Below are positions 25,015 to 36,471 of a stretch of DNA of 64,000 nt, piece after piece. The notes below the pieces were generated by a model that worked only from the letters and a program-made list of their open reading frames with translations, did no database searches and was not told where the DNA came from. The first letter of the stretch is position 1. The number at the start of each line of letters is the position of its first letter. Both the position numbers and the translations under genes were made by a program. This DNA is from Amoebophrya sp. A120 (Eukaryota; Protista; Dinoflagellata), in contig CAJINV010000004.1 of NCBI GenBank assembly GCA_905178155.1, positions 11,373,804 to 11,437,803 of the forward strand. Direction: 5' to 3'.

Positions 25015-26514
25015 ACTCTATTCCGTCTGCAAAAATATCGCACTTGCTGTAAGTAGTACCTAGCAGTCAAAGTCAGGCACCACTCAGACTCAGCATTTTA
25101 ATTTTATACAATTTTTCTGCACCTTGCGAAAATCTGTACATACACTTATACACTGGTACGATGGTTTTACAAAGCATAAGCTCGGAACAATTTTCGGGCC
25201 CCGAGACGCGGAGAACCAAACCCCGAGTGGCGGAGGAGGGCCATCCGCGAAGAAGAAGATTTCCCCCCGGCTGCGTAACATAATTCCCTTTCCCCCTTCA
25301 AATTTGTGATCGCACAAAAATATTCATCTGCTTCTTCAAGGTACTAGACTGGTGAAATTATCACATGCAGACGAGGATTATCCCGTGCGGAAGTCGTGAT
25401 GTGGTTGTACCGTTGCAGAATAAAATAAATGCATGAGTAAGGATGAAAAACATTCATTACAGCTCCAATCCGAATACGCGGATCACGACGACCGAGCCTG
25501 TCACAAAAAAAATTGAAAATCGTCACCGCGAAGAAGCAGATGCACTTTTTTCATGCGATACGTTACTTGCTTTCCTCTTCAGTAGGTCCTTACTGTCGCC
25601 GCTTCGCGTTGTTCGCCTGGGAAAGTCATAGTGCGACTACAGGCCCGCCGATCTGCTGGCCCCAGTCTTTGCCGGTTTGACTTCTCGAGTGATCCGCCAG
25701 TCGGTGTTCCGAAATAAAAGAATCCGAGAGCCGGGCTTCTTTACAAACTATAGACTTTTATTTCCTCTTGCGAGTTGATACAAAGCTCGTCCGGCAATAA
25801 AGTTCTCGGACTTACACTTAGGTCTTCCAGGGAGTTCTATCGAAAATGTCACTTTGCAATTTCTTTGCAATTTTTGCATCAACGCAATAAGTTTTCTTTA
25901 CGTTTCAATGAACAACGTTACTTATTTCTGGCTCGTCCCCCCGCGCCAGGACCGCTTTGAGAGCAGAAAAAAAAGCCTCCTGTTCCTTCCAGTAGTGAGT
26001 TTGCGCAACGATCTTCCGTTCTTCCTACTTATGACTTGTCTGGGTCTAGAAAACAAGGCCTCGAACTTGCAATGCCGGTCTTAGTAGATTCCTACGAAGA
26101 AATACGAAGAAATCTGTGAATGTGTTGTGGTGTGAGCAACAAATAAAGCCCAGCTTGTCCTCATGCCACGCGCACTACAAATCTCTGGGTCTGAGTTCTC
26201 TCAGCCTTTTGGTGTTTTTCTCCGTTTCCCTCGGTTTTTGTTACAACTTGTACGCGCACTACAAATGAGAAAGTGCTCTGAAAGGTTGTCAACATCATGC
26301 CTCCTGGTGGCTATTTCTCTTCGTCTTCTCCTCAGTTCTGAGCATGACAAGTTCTTGGCAGCAGACTCAGAGGCCTATAATCGATCGAGAAATACTGAAT
26401 AGGAAAGAGCTTTATTTCAACATTTGGTACCTTCCTCAGTGTGCGATCGACAAATCGAGGCGCATTCCTCGACAGACACAGAACTCGAGAAATCGAGAAC
26501 TCTCGCCGAGCAAC

Positions 26515-26576
26515 AGCGATGATCGAGGGCAAAGCGATGATCGAGGGCAAAGCGATGATCGAGGGCAAAGCGATGA
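26515..26576. repeat. 18-bp tandem repeat, about 3.4 copies
   Basis: AGCGATGATCGAGGGCAA repeated head to tail. Confidence 0.9.
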
Positions 26577-27336
26577 GGATGATCGAAAGAACCACACGAA
26601 AATCGAAATGACTGGTCCTTCAACCACGAAAATGATCTCCTTTTTTCATCTTCGTTCCTCACTCCACGATCTTCATCATGCAGAAAAAGTAGCTAGCACT
26701 TTTACATCGGCCGATTGCTTTCAATGCAAAAATAAATGAGCAGAGAAATCAAGAAATCTGTTCATGGACAGTAGAATGAAGCGTCGTGCTACTCGTCGTG
26801 AAAAACTACAGATCTTTTTGGCTCAGTTGCGCCCTTTTATTCATTTTTGCATTTATGCAATTGCGGGGGCAAGCTTCTGATACTGTTCTCCAGGCTACAA
26901 AACTAATGTGGATCTATGATCGGTTTGTGATACACATACACTCATATACAACAATCGTTCATAGCAGCGACGTCAACCGGCTCTTCTGGAAAAAGGATCA
27001 TTTTCTCGGCTTTTTGTTTTCGTACTACTCTGCTGTACCGCCCGCACGAAGACGATCGGCTTGCTTTCGCAGCGGTGCTGGCTTTGGAAGACAAACTGCT
27101 TCTTCGTCTTCCTTCCATAATGCCAATATCGAAGACAGGAAAAGAAACGAGACATTTTGAAATGTTTGCAAAGGAATTACTTTCATCGTCGTTCCGAGGA
27201 AAAAATGGGGAAACAGCACGCTCTTTGATACTTTTTGTTTTTTCTCATCCTACAAGAACGAGAAGAGGACGACAGTGGTCCCGTCTTCTGCGCACAGGCG
27301 CTTCAATTTTTCTCAGAAAACATTTGTTTGTTTTCT

Positions 27337-30300
27337 TTAGTCCGATATGGATTGTAAAAATGTCTGGGTCTGGAAGAATGCAACTTGTCATGCTAATTCT
27401 CGATAGCGCAAAAATCTGTGTTGCATGATTACCAAAAGCTCTCCTCTTTTGACCAAACTGAGAGGGAGTTTCTCATGCAGACGAGGCATGATAGGGGTCG
27501 AGAAGAATCTGTCATGCTGGGTCATGTATCTATTACAGACCTCACGCGTCATGGAAAACCCGCATGACAAGTCTTCCAACCTTCCAGACCCAGACATTTT
27601 TACATTTGATATCCGAGGTGGCCGGGAAGGCCCATTTGGTGACGTCCGACTCCTCCGCAGCCAAGTGGTGCAAGGGGTGGGTCTATGCATCGCAAAAATG
27701 GCTGGGTCTGAATTTCTTATGCCAGATTTGAAAGATGCCAGGACGATCATCTGTGATGCATGGAAGATATGAGTCGCCAGCATTTTTCTCGTCCTGGGAG
27801 CCTGTTTGTCATGCGTCTTGTGTTTACAACGAATGGGTCTGCAATAATTATAACTAAGTCTCGCAAAATTTATTAACAACAAGATGCTGTTAATATGTAC
27901 TACTCTGCGATGCGAGTACCAGCAACACAAATTTCCAGCCCGAGACATATTTGCGCGTGATAGGGTCCGGCGCCACTTGTGGGACTTGTTGTACTCGTCG
28001 ATGTTTCCGGTTTGCGACCTATCCGCAGAAAAAACGTCCCCACCCCATTTTTGCTGTCATGCAACATGCAAGTCTGCATCATGCCCAAAATATTTCTCAT
28101 GCGCCGCCCCGACAACATGAGGAGCCTTTTCTAGTGCTACCTGAGGATCATGGGAAGTTGTCATGCTATATGCAGGATGAGATGATCGCACTAGAAGCTA
28201 AACCCGTCTACACTTCAACATAATGCGCAACGCCCAAATAAACTTCTTGGCTTGTGTAGCAAAACTGATATCTTGACTTGAGTCTAATATTACTATTCGA
28301 AATTAGCATCACAAACAAATAGGATATTCGAAATTAGCATTACAAATTCCATGTATAATGGGGTGAGGACGTTTTTACACAGGGTACGACCTTGCCACGC
28401 CGTCGAACGAGGTGATGTATCCTGCAGAAAATGAAAAGCACACCCGTGTCATGCGTAGAAAATGCAGTTTTTTCTGTGATAACAGATGACCACGGCTTTT
28501 GTTTGTTGCTGTTCAGTATTTTTACAAATCTTCTGGGTACAACGTCTCTGAAGCTGGTCCCTTTGCCTTTTCCGCATCTCAGTTTAAGCATATTTTGCAT
28601 GACAGGTTCTCCTCGCTCGTGCGGATCATCAGGATGATCATCATCATCATCATCGTCATGTGAATCGACGGTAAAAAGTCTTTTTCCGGATCAGGATCAG
28701 CATCACCAAAGGCAAAGAGTTCTTGTTCTTTGTGCCCTAAAAATATAAAGTAGCAGCCACAAAAATTTCGTTTTCTTCTGGTACTGGTGTCCTTTTCTGT
28801 AGGATATGATGGCCGCGCCGCGCAACCGGGTCAAGGCACGAAACACGGACCGCTTTTCCTCCGCCACCTGGGCCCGCTCGATTTGGTCCACCATCGCATC
28901 CGATTCCTTGATGGAGTCCTCGGTTAACTCCTGCGCCGTGTCCTCGCGGCCGAACCGCTCATGCATTGCAAATATGTCTCGGTCTGGGAGAATGCAATTT
29001 TGTCATGCTTGTCTCAACACATGACTCTTCCTCTTGTTATTAAATCTGTAAATGCATAAGCAGGACAAAGACCACCTAATCCTATTGCCTGTCATGCAAA
29101 GTAAGATGCAGTAACCCATGCGGAAGGCGATAAAAATAAGCGCTCAAAAACTTCTCACGCGTAAGAACTGCGTATTTTTGCAGTGCGCCCACCATTGTTT
29201 CACGAACTAGCATCACAAGTTTAGTGTTCCAGACTCAGACATAGTTGCAATGCGTAGGGCTCCAATTCGCCGTACGGCATCTCAGTGTCGATGTCCACCC
29301 CAACGTCGTCCTGTTTTATGATTGGACAAAATGCAAAAACGCAGTAGTGGCAACCCCAATAGATATGGCTTTTTTGGCCCTCCACCCAAACTGTTTGGGC
29401 TGATGCAGATCCGGAGAACCCCAATGCGCGAGCAATTGTTGGAGCGCGGTACGCCGCGCCCCTTCGCTTGTCCGGGCGACATGACGGCGCACCAAATTGA
29501 ACTGCAGTGCGGCCGCCCAGCTGGTATATGCATCCTCGGGCCGTAGATTGCCCGGTAAATTAGCGGCATGGCCAACAAAATATTCACAACCCCCTGGCCG
29601 CCACAACTCCAACAACTGTGGGCCCGCGCACGAAAATAGCCCCCGGGCCTATCAAGCGGCAGCGGGCAACACAGCCACCCCATTTGCCGGACGCTGCCCA
29701 TGCAAATTGCCGGCTCGTGCCCGCTGCCTTTCACATCCAACCACAAAGAGGCAAAACGACAAAGACACAGGAGCCACAATACCCCGGGGCGCCGCTGCGT
29801 TGGCACTGGGCCCCTCGTCGGCGGGCAGCCAGCGGGGCTGTGCGGCGGCACAATGAACCCGGTGCGGGCCCATCGGGAGGGGGCGCGCCACGCACATTGC
29901 ACACAAGACACAAGGGCGGCGCGCCCTTCGCTTCCACCTCGCCCCAGACCCAACCCCGCCCCCCCTCCCCGTGCGGCCCCCCCAGCCAATAGAATTGGGG
30001 CGCCTGTCCTATTCTATTCGGCCGGCCCGCCAGAAATCGCGCACGTGCGCCAAAATGGCCAGCCGGCCAAATAGAATATGGCCCCGGTCCGAATTCTATT
30101 GGCCCCAGGCCCCGAACCCAAGCCGCTGGCAACGCACCAATGTCGGCAACCCGGATCCCCGCAACCACAAATCCCAGCAAAAGTGCCAGGGGCTGCATGG
30201 CCGTGCGGTCCGAGCCAAGCAACGGACAAGGCCACTTGGCGCGGAGGGAGACTGCGCGGAAACGTATCTCAGTGTCGATGTCCACCCCAACGTCGTCCTG

Positions 30301-32383
30301 TTTGAAAGAACATCAGCTCGTCGTGGATCATGCGTGTACAACTAGCTACCCAAACCAAGCGATTGAAAATTCGTAATAATAGGCAAAACACGCCAGAGCA
30401 AGGGCAAGCTGGAAGCAAATATGCAACGTAGTTGATTCGTCGGCATGACAAAAGATCCCCTTTTGCTGGTCCTTCTCTTTCCGCATTCAGCACATGACAG
30501 ATCGCTAAAAAGTAGTTACTTTGACTTACCTTCTTCGGCGGCTCCGACGCTGCCTCGGCCGGGTCATCCTTCGCGACCAGAAATGAGTACAGAGGTGTGT
30601 CCCGGACAAGCGGGCTGTCGGGAATGCCGGCCTGTTGCTGAACCGCGTTTACGCAAGGGGCCCGCCTATGCATTGCAAAAGCAACGTAAAAACAGTTGTA
30701 GGAAATTAATAACCGATCCCAAATTTGGGCTCATTCAGGTCGTTGGGAAAGATATTTGTGATGCAGGACAACTGCAGTTCCAACGAGATTCCGCACTTTT
30801 GCAGAGCATATGGCCCCTGAAACACCAACTCGACCAGGACATCGGACTTAGCCGTGCCTATGGATGCGTCAGATCGGAAAATTGCAAAATCGGATAGAAA
30901 AAATGGCGACGCATATGTAAATGCGAACCACTACAATGCTCCTGTGTATTTCTATTGATCTTATGCATGGCAAAAAATGAATTTCATTTTGAGAATTCTT
31001 TCCGATCTGCCACTTCCGTAGTGACTTGGAGAAACGTTTGCAGGACGTTGCTATCATCTGTAAAAATGTCTGGGTCTGGAAGGTTGAAACTTGTGATGCT
31101 AACTTTGGAAGCCTGGAAGCCTGAGGCGATGCTACTAAGGGAAAATGGAACAATCCTCAGTCCTTTGGACTCTAAAAAAATCTGTATTGCATGGCCAGCA
31201 ATAGGAGCCCAGTTTGTGCTACGCGGGGAGGGCATTTGTCATGCGGGATAGGCATCAGGAAGGCCTCTCCGAATATGTGATGCCAGATCATGCATTACAG
31301 ACATCCTGAGTCATGTAAAATATGCATGACAAACCTGGCAACCTTCCAGACCCAGACATTTTTGCATTTGATAGTTGGTTTCCAGCACTTTGATCTCCGC
31401 CGCCGGACACTTGAGTCCGCTGGTCATGGTCGCTTTGGCCACGGACTGCGCGAACAGGGCGTTGAAATCCGCGGGGAGGGGCCCGTTCACGTCCAGCTTC
31501 CCCGTCATCATCACACGATTTTGCACGTTGTGCGATGCTATGGATTGTAAAAATGTCTGGGTCTGGAAGGTTGGAACTTGTAATGCTAGCTTTCCATTGA
31601 ATTGAATTGAAGTAGCATACCTAGAAAATCTGTACTGCATAACCAACAAAAGTCGCAGCCTCTTTTGTCATGCAAAAACGCAGTTTCTCATGCGGATTGC
31701 CTATGAGAAAGCGTTTTGGGAAGTTGTCATGCCGGACTGCATTCGGAAGTGTTTTCATCATGCACATTTTAGCATCACAAGTTTCCAGACACAGACATTT
31801 TTACATTTGATAGATGCGGAGTGCTCCAACTTGTCCTCCAGCTGCTTCATTTTGCCCATGATCTGCTGCTCGGCGGACGGCACCTGCTCCGGCGCGGGCG
31901 CTTTGGGCGCGGGCGGTGGTGGACCCGCGGCGGCGGGCGGAGGCGGGGGCGCTTGCTTCGCACTACTTTTCCCTTCGATGGTGGACTTTGTGATGGCGTG
32001 CTGTGTTATGGTTTTCTTATTTTTTCAAGGCCGTGCACAACAAGAACCTCTTACGTACGCGCAACAGGGTGGAGCATTGCTGACTAGTAGCGAAGTAGTT
32101 CGTCTTGTCCTCAAACACCTAGACGAGCTGCAGCTTTTTTAGTCTTAGTGATAATGTGCAACACGACTCAGCCATGAGAAAAACTCTAGATGAATTGCTA
32201 TTGCATCTAGGTCGTCCCCTTCGGAGATAGTGATCACGAGTTGCCATACTTTAGTACCAGCGCCACCGCCTGTGCCTTCTTGTGGTGCTTTTTGTGGTGG
32301 TGGTGCTTCTTGTGGTGCTTCTTGGCGATCTCCACCCCCGATGCGGCCACGGCGAGGAGCACCAGACCGACGCTACGCCGCAT
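27337..32383 (-). CDS. Secreted conserved hypothetical protein (His/Lys-rich N-terminus; C-terminal EMPYGELEPFGREDTAQELTE...HHLAAEESDVTKWAFP domain)
   Basis: Starts MRRSVGLVLLAVAASG. The spliced C-terminus reads LRGAAI|TSFDGVARS|QTGNIDEYNKSHKWRRT|HPLHHLAAEESDVTKWAFPATS|D*. From memory it resembles an uncharacterised dinoflagellate family. Some middle junctions are unresolved. Confidence 0.7.
27346..27611. mobile_element. Family A introner immediately before the stop codon
   Basis: Perfect DR TCCGA; removal gives TCG GAC TAA. Confidence 0.88.
27684..27962. mobile_element. Family A introner (diverged)
   Basis: Perfect DR GGGTC; restores WRRTHPL. Confidence 0.82.
28020..28386. mobile_element. 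Family C introner
   Basis: Perfect DR CGACC; restores GVARSQTG. Confidence 0.85.
28418..28806. mobile_element. Family G introner
   Basis: Perfect DR TGATG; restores GAAITSFD. Confidence 0.85.
28960..29256. mobile_element. Family A introner (diverged)
   Basis: DR CCGCT/GGGCT; restores GELEPFGRED. Confidence 0.75.
29317..30266. mobile_element. 950-bp GC-rich insert with TAT/GTA ends flanked by a 37-38 bp exon duplication
   Basis: ATCTCAGTGTCGATGTCCACCCCAACGTCGTCCTGTTT occurs at 29279-29316 and 30266-30303; internal CCAATAGAAT/ATTCTATTGG inverted motifs. Confidence 0.65.
30667..30810. mobile_element. Short TIR introner
   Basis: TIR TATGC..TGCAAAAG; DR CCGCC/TGGCC; restores LVFQGPAP. Confidence 0.6.
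31052..31373. mobile_element. Family A introner
   Basis: DR GTTGC/GTTGG; restores LETNVLQ. Confidence 0.85.
31539..31812. mobile_element. Family A introner
   Basis: Perfect DR GATGC; restores EHSASHN. Confidence 0.88.
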
Positions 32384-33363
32384 CGTGTTTGTGCACGTTG
32401 TGCGATGCTGGTCAATCGAAAAAAAGCAGAAGTGACACGTTCAGAAAGACTATGACTGATTCTGATTCGGACTTTTTAGTCTCTTCTATCTGCTATTCCG
32501 AGAAGTAAAAACGAAGGCAACCACCACCAGCACCACTTCGCCGTCGAGCAGAGATCTTCACGCGCCAAGAACTAGAATGAAGTTTACAAGGCCGTTATGG
32601 AGGTGTTTTTTTAGTTCATCTGTCTCTAGTACGTACTTGCCTCTTTTGTCCTGAAATTTAATTTTCAGTCCAACGTGAAATGGCACTCTAAGTGGTACCA
32701 CCAACCACGACTAGCATCGCAATCGCTTATGTCGTGGCATTAATGATAAGTGGTACTTGTACTTCAGTTTACAAGTTCAAGTTCAAGTCACAGCAATGGT
32801 TGAATTTTCGTTGTTTTCTTTCCATCATCTTCACCAATTGGAACCAACAGCAACACCATATGCATGTCCTCGTGAGGACTTTGCATTTTACGAAGCAGAC
32901 GAAGAAGAAACCAACGGGATAGAACGTCGCAGCCACAATCTGGCTTGAAACTTCATTTGAAACCGCCAAAACGTGGTTTTTGCAGCTACCACCTCGTCAG
33001 GGGCGTAACACGAACACAATTTCTTCAATGAGAGTGGAATATCAATATTTTTTCTCGCCGCACAATACTTCTGTGAAGACGGAATTATAAATATGCTGAA
33101 ATATAATGTCGCGTAGACGACTCGGCACAGCACGTACACTGTTGGCACGTACTGTCGCTCGCCGAATCAAATGGCTATATATATAATCACTGAAGTACTC
33201 AAAAACGTCGCTTATTTTTCTCTTCGAACGCTGCCAGTGCCACACCTTCTGTGATATACAACACAACAGACCTATCACAACAAGGGCGCTTAGAACTACT
33301 TCTACTCACGACACTTTCCGCTACAACATCTGCACTTCCGCTCATGTCAGCACGCGACAATCC

Positions 33364-35445
33364 TCATGCAGTGGACGTGACTGCAAGCTGGAGCGGCAAC
33401 GTCGTCGCAGCGGGCTCTGCGTAAGAACTTCCCACAGTTTGTTCATCTTCAGCAGCTGTTCCGTTATTTTCCGCGGTTGTGCAGTGCTTTGAGCTATGGC
33501 CTTTCCTCCCGCACCGGAAACACGTTCCGGTAAACTTTTTGTTCAGTTGCTCCAGCGGGCGAGGCTGGAACATGTCGAACTTGGCGCCGTAGAAAGGAAG
33601 CGGGGCGGCGGATGGATGTTGAGAGTCCTGCGGGACGATCTGTCTCGGTTTTCGGTCTGCTCCTTCTACTGAATCTGATGCGCTAGCGCTGGGACTTAAT
33701 CCATTTGTTGCATTATTCTTACCGATAGAAAAAGCAACTTCGTTCTCCCGATACAAATCGCTTTTTTGGACGTCGGCTTTCGAAATCGTGCTTGCGCCAC
33801 TGCCTTGGTATTCATCGGCATCAGGTGCTATGCCTACTGTTTCACGTAGACGTAGGCCACCTGGAATTTCATATGTTGAAGCATCAATTTTTCTTGTTCG
33901 TGCAGCCCAGTACTGCACCGCACCGTCAGCGTCGCGTGCTTCTTTTTCCTGGTCTTCTTTGTGCTGCCCGACGCCATTCCCGTGAACGCCCTTGGCACGA
34001 TCCGTGTTGCCGCCCGCCTGCCCTCGCCCGCCTTCTGCCTCCGCCAATTTGCGGCCGCTGAGGTGGTACACCACGGGGCCCATATTCTGCCGCAGCACGT
34101 GGCAGGGCAGTCCGAGTTCGTAGCTCGACAGTCTTTCGTTGAAAAATACGTCCTCGATAAAGCTCGGCGGGGGGAATTTGACCTTCGCGAACAGCTGCCG
34201 GTACGTGGCAACGCGGCAAAGGTGCGTCTTGTCATACCAAATCGGCATCTTCTGGAACTCCAGGCCGTGAATCCTTTCGACCAGCAGCTCGTCCTTCTTG
34301 ACAAGTTTAGTACTCACTGATGTAGTTTTGGCGGTGCTTTTCGCACAGTGCGGGCGGCCCGGGGGGAGGTTCTTGTCTCTGTCATGAGCCTCAACTACAT
34401 CTGCCAGGCAAGAATTTATTTTAGCATTTTCCGCCGCATTTGGATTTTCATCTGCAAACAACCCTGCGCACGACGAGGGCCCAGCAGCGTAATTATATTT
34501 CTGATCCCTCTCTTCACCCAAAGCTGTAGTTGCTGCTGCTGAAAATGATGTCGCTGCGCCTACTAGCTTCTGTTGCCTCTCGACCTTGTAGGACCATTCT
34601 GTCGTTGTTAAGGAGTCGAACCCAACGTAGCCGAGCCGGTCGGGGTGGTCTTCCATCGCTTGAAGCACCTCGCTTAACGGAAACGCCTGGATCAGCATGT
34701 AGTCATGCTGGGCGACCAGGACGTATTTCGTCCGCACGACTTGCTCCACGGCAAACTGCATAACTTTCGCAAAGCCCCAGTTCCCCGCGCTGCCAATTCG
34801 GTGGACGCGTATTTCTGGGTGAAACAGTTTCTTCATAGCTGTTGTGTTTGTGCCGGCGGAAAACACCCTCTCATAAAGCCCCGGATCGCACAGATTTTCC
34901 ACGAATTGCTCGTAATTTGCCGCTTGCTCTTCCGTTATCCTGCATTTTTTCCAACTGGGCTTTTTTGGCTGCCGCCCCTTGCTATCCAGCACGTCCGCCC
35001 GGGTGTAGCCGTCACAAAAAATGTGCACAGGAATCGGTTTCCATTTGCCGCGCCTTCGTACAACTTCTTGTTCTTCTGCCGGTCCTGTACTAGTGCTCCT
35101 ACTTCCATAATTGTTCGAAGATCGGCCTGCTTCTGCACCTCGACCTTCGTCCACTTTCAGGTTTTGCGCGAAACTCTGCAGCAGCACCTCGATCAGCTTG
35201 GTGCTGGGATTCAGTGGAATGGCCGAGGTGGTAATCACGAGAGTGACGTCCTGTTCTGAACAAAGAGATTCCTCCTCCTGTGGTCTTGCGGGGCCTCCCG
35301 TGAGAAAATCCTCGGAGATGTCGTCATCTTGACTCGATGTCTCAACCTCGGTGACATTGCATCCCCTAAACGGGGGAAAGAACTCCACCGTCGTCGTGAA
35401 TACACGCGGCCCGGCGTCTGTTTCCTCGTTTTGTGCAGCTGCCAT
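33364..35445 (-). CDS. Intronless 693-aa glycosyltransferase-like (GT-A fold) protein with C-terminal CCHC zinc knuckle
   Basis: VTLVITTSAIPLNPSTKLIE and GFAKVMQFAVEQVVRTKYVLVAQHDY resemble GT-A strands with a DxD-like position; CFRCGRKGHSSKHC matches CX2CX4HX4C. Confidence 0.65.
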   Translation of the reverse strand: MAAAQNEETDAGPRVFTTTVEFFPPFRGCNVTEVETSSQDDDISEDFLTGGPARPQEEESLCSEQDVTLVITTSAIPLNPSTKLIEVLLQSFAQNLKVDEGRGAEAGRSSNNYGSRSTSTGPAEEQEVVRRRGKWKPIPVHIFCDGYTRADVLDSKGRQPKKPSWKKCRITEEQAANYEQFVENLCDPGLYERVFSAGTNTTAMKKLFHPEIRVHRIGSAGNWGFAKVMQFAVEQVVRTKYVLVAQHDYMLIQAFPLSEVLQAMEDHPDRLGYVGFDSLTTTEWSYKVERQQKLVGAATSFSAAATTALGEERDQKYNYAAGPSSCAGLFADENPNAAENAKINSCLADVVEAHDRDKNLPPGRPHCAKSTAKTTSVSTKLVKKDELLVERIHGLEFQKMPIWYDKTHLCRVATYRQLFAKVKFPPPSFIEDVFFNERLSSYELGLPCHVLRQNMGPVVYHLSGRKLAEAEGGRGQAGGNTDRAKGVHGNGVGQHKEDQEKEARDADGAVQYWAARTRKIDASTYEIPGGLRLRETVGIAPDADEYQGSGASTISKADVQKSDLYRENEVAFSIGKNNATNGLSPSASASDSVEGADRKPRQIVPQDSQHPSAAPLPFYGAKFDMFQPRPLEQLNKKFTGTCFRCGRKGHSSKHCTTAENNGTAAEDEQTVGSSYAEPAATTLPLQLAVTSTA

Positions 35446-36471
35446 GATTAGCTACTTCATCATCATTCGAAGAGATTCTTTATCATGGGAAGCAACTACG
35501 AAGTGGAACAGAGCCCACTCTACTGCAGACAGATGGTGTAGATATTGTCAAGTTAACGATAGCAGAGCGCCATATGTACGACATCATTACGATATATTTT
35601 TACTCGGACGCGGTTTTTGTCTAACAAGAATCTGGGTCTGGCTCGGCTTACGGGTATCGGAAAACAAAAAGCTATTGAGCTTTACTACTTCTTCTACACA
35701 CGGCAGTTTGCTTCAACTCTTCCACCTGCTGATGAATGTAAAGGAACGAATAGATATGGTAAAGACATGCCAACGAATGGAGTTAGATAGAACCACTTTG
35801 TCAAGATAGAACAAGCACGACAGGATGGAATAATGGCGGGAGCATCATTTGTGTAATTTCCTGAGATCTTTAGATCGTCACTTCTTTACTCAGGATTCTC
35901 AACGAGCCTCCGACAAGACCGTGCAATGCACGCCGACGTAGCTACACTCTCCACCATTCTGCGACCTCTCCTACCAACAGCCTGAAATTCTTTAGAGAGA
36001 AAATAAAAGATCTAGTTTTACATGATGATCCGTCTGTCTCTGTTCCCACCGATTTCAATACTTTTATACATTTGTGATAGTGCAGCTTCATGCCAAGAGC
36101 GACGACTTCTTCGTACATCCGGATGTAGAGCTTGACGGTGCTACTGAAAGAAAATGAAATGAATCAACATCATTGACATAAATCTGCGGGGCAGTGCAAT
36201 CTTTTCTGCAGAAGTGCGTCTTTTTTTGTCGATCGTTTTTGTCGCGGAAGTTGTTGTACAAAAGATATCATAGGTCGCGCGAGGTCCTCCTGGGGAAGTA
36301 GAGGTTTTTTTAACACTTTCATCACAAGAAAGACGACGAGCTCGTCGGGGGGCGCCGCACATAGAAGATATAATTGCACACAAACAAAAAGATCTTCGCG
36401 AACCTCCCGGATGTTGACGTGGTCGGACTTCGACGGATCCTGCAAGACAAAAGTGAATCGGGTCGTCAGTG

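Noticed and set aside
26332-26739. Short ORFs with repeated peptides (ALPSII, DDRGQS)
   Set aside because: These are products of an 18-bp tandem repeat in apparently intergenic DNA.
30043-30066. GCCATTTTGGC on the minus strand as a dinoflagellate spliced-leader relic
   Set aside because: Only an 11-nt core matches, it lies inside a GC-rich insert and is not upstream of a start codon, so it is compatible with chance.
32392-32408. 17-nt match (TGCACGTTGTGCGATGC) between the 5' UTR and 31522-31538 as a splicing guide
   Set aside because: The match stops at the DR and does not span the spliced junction. It is a single instance.
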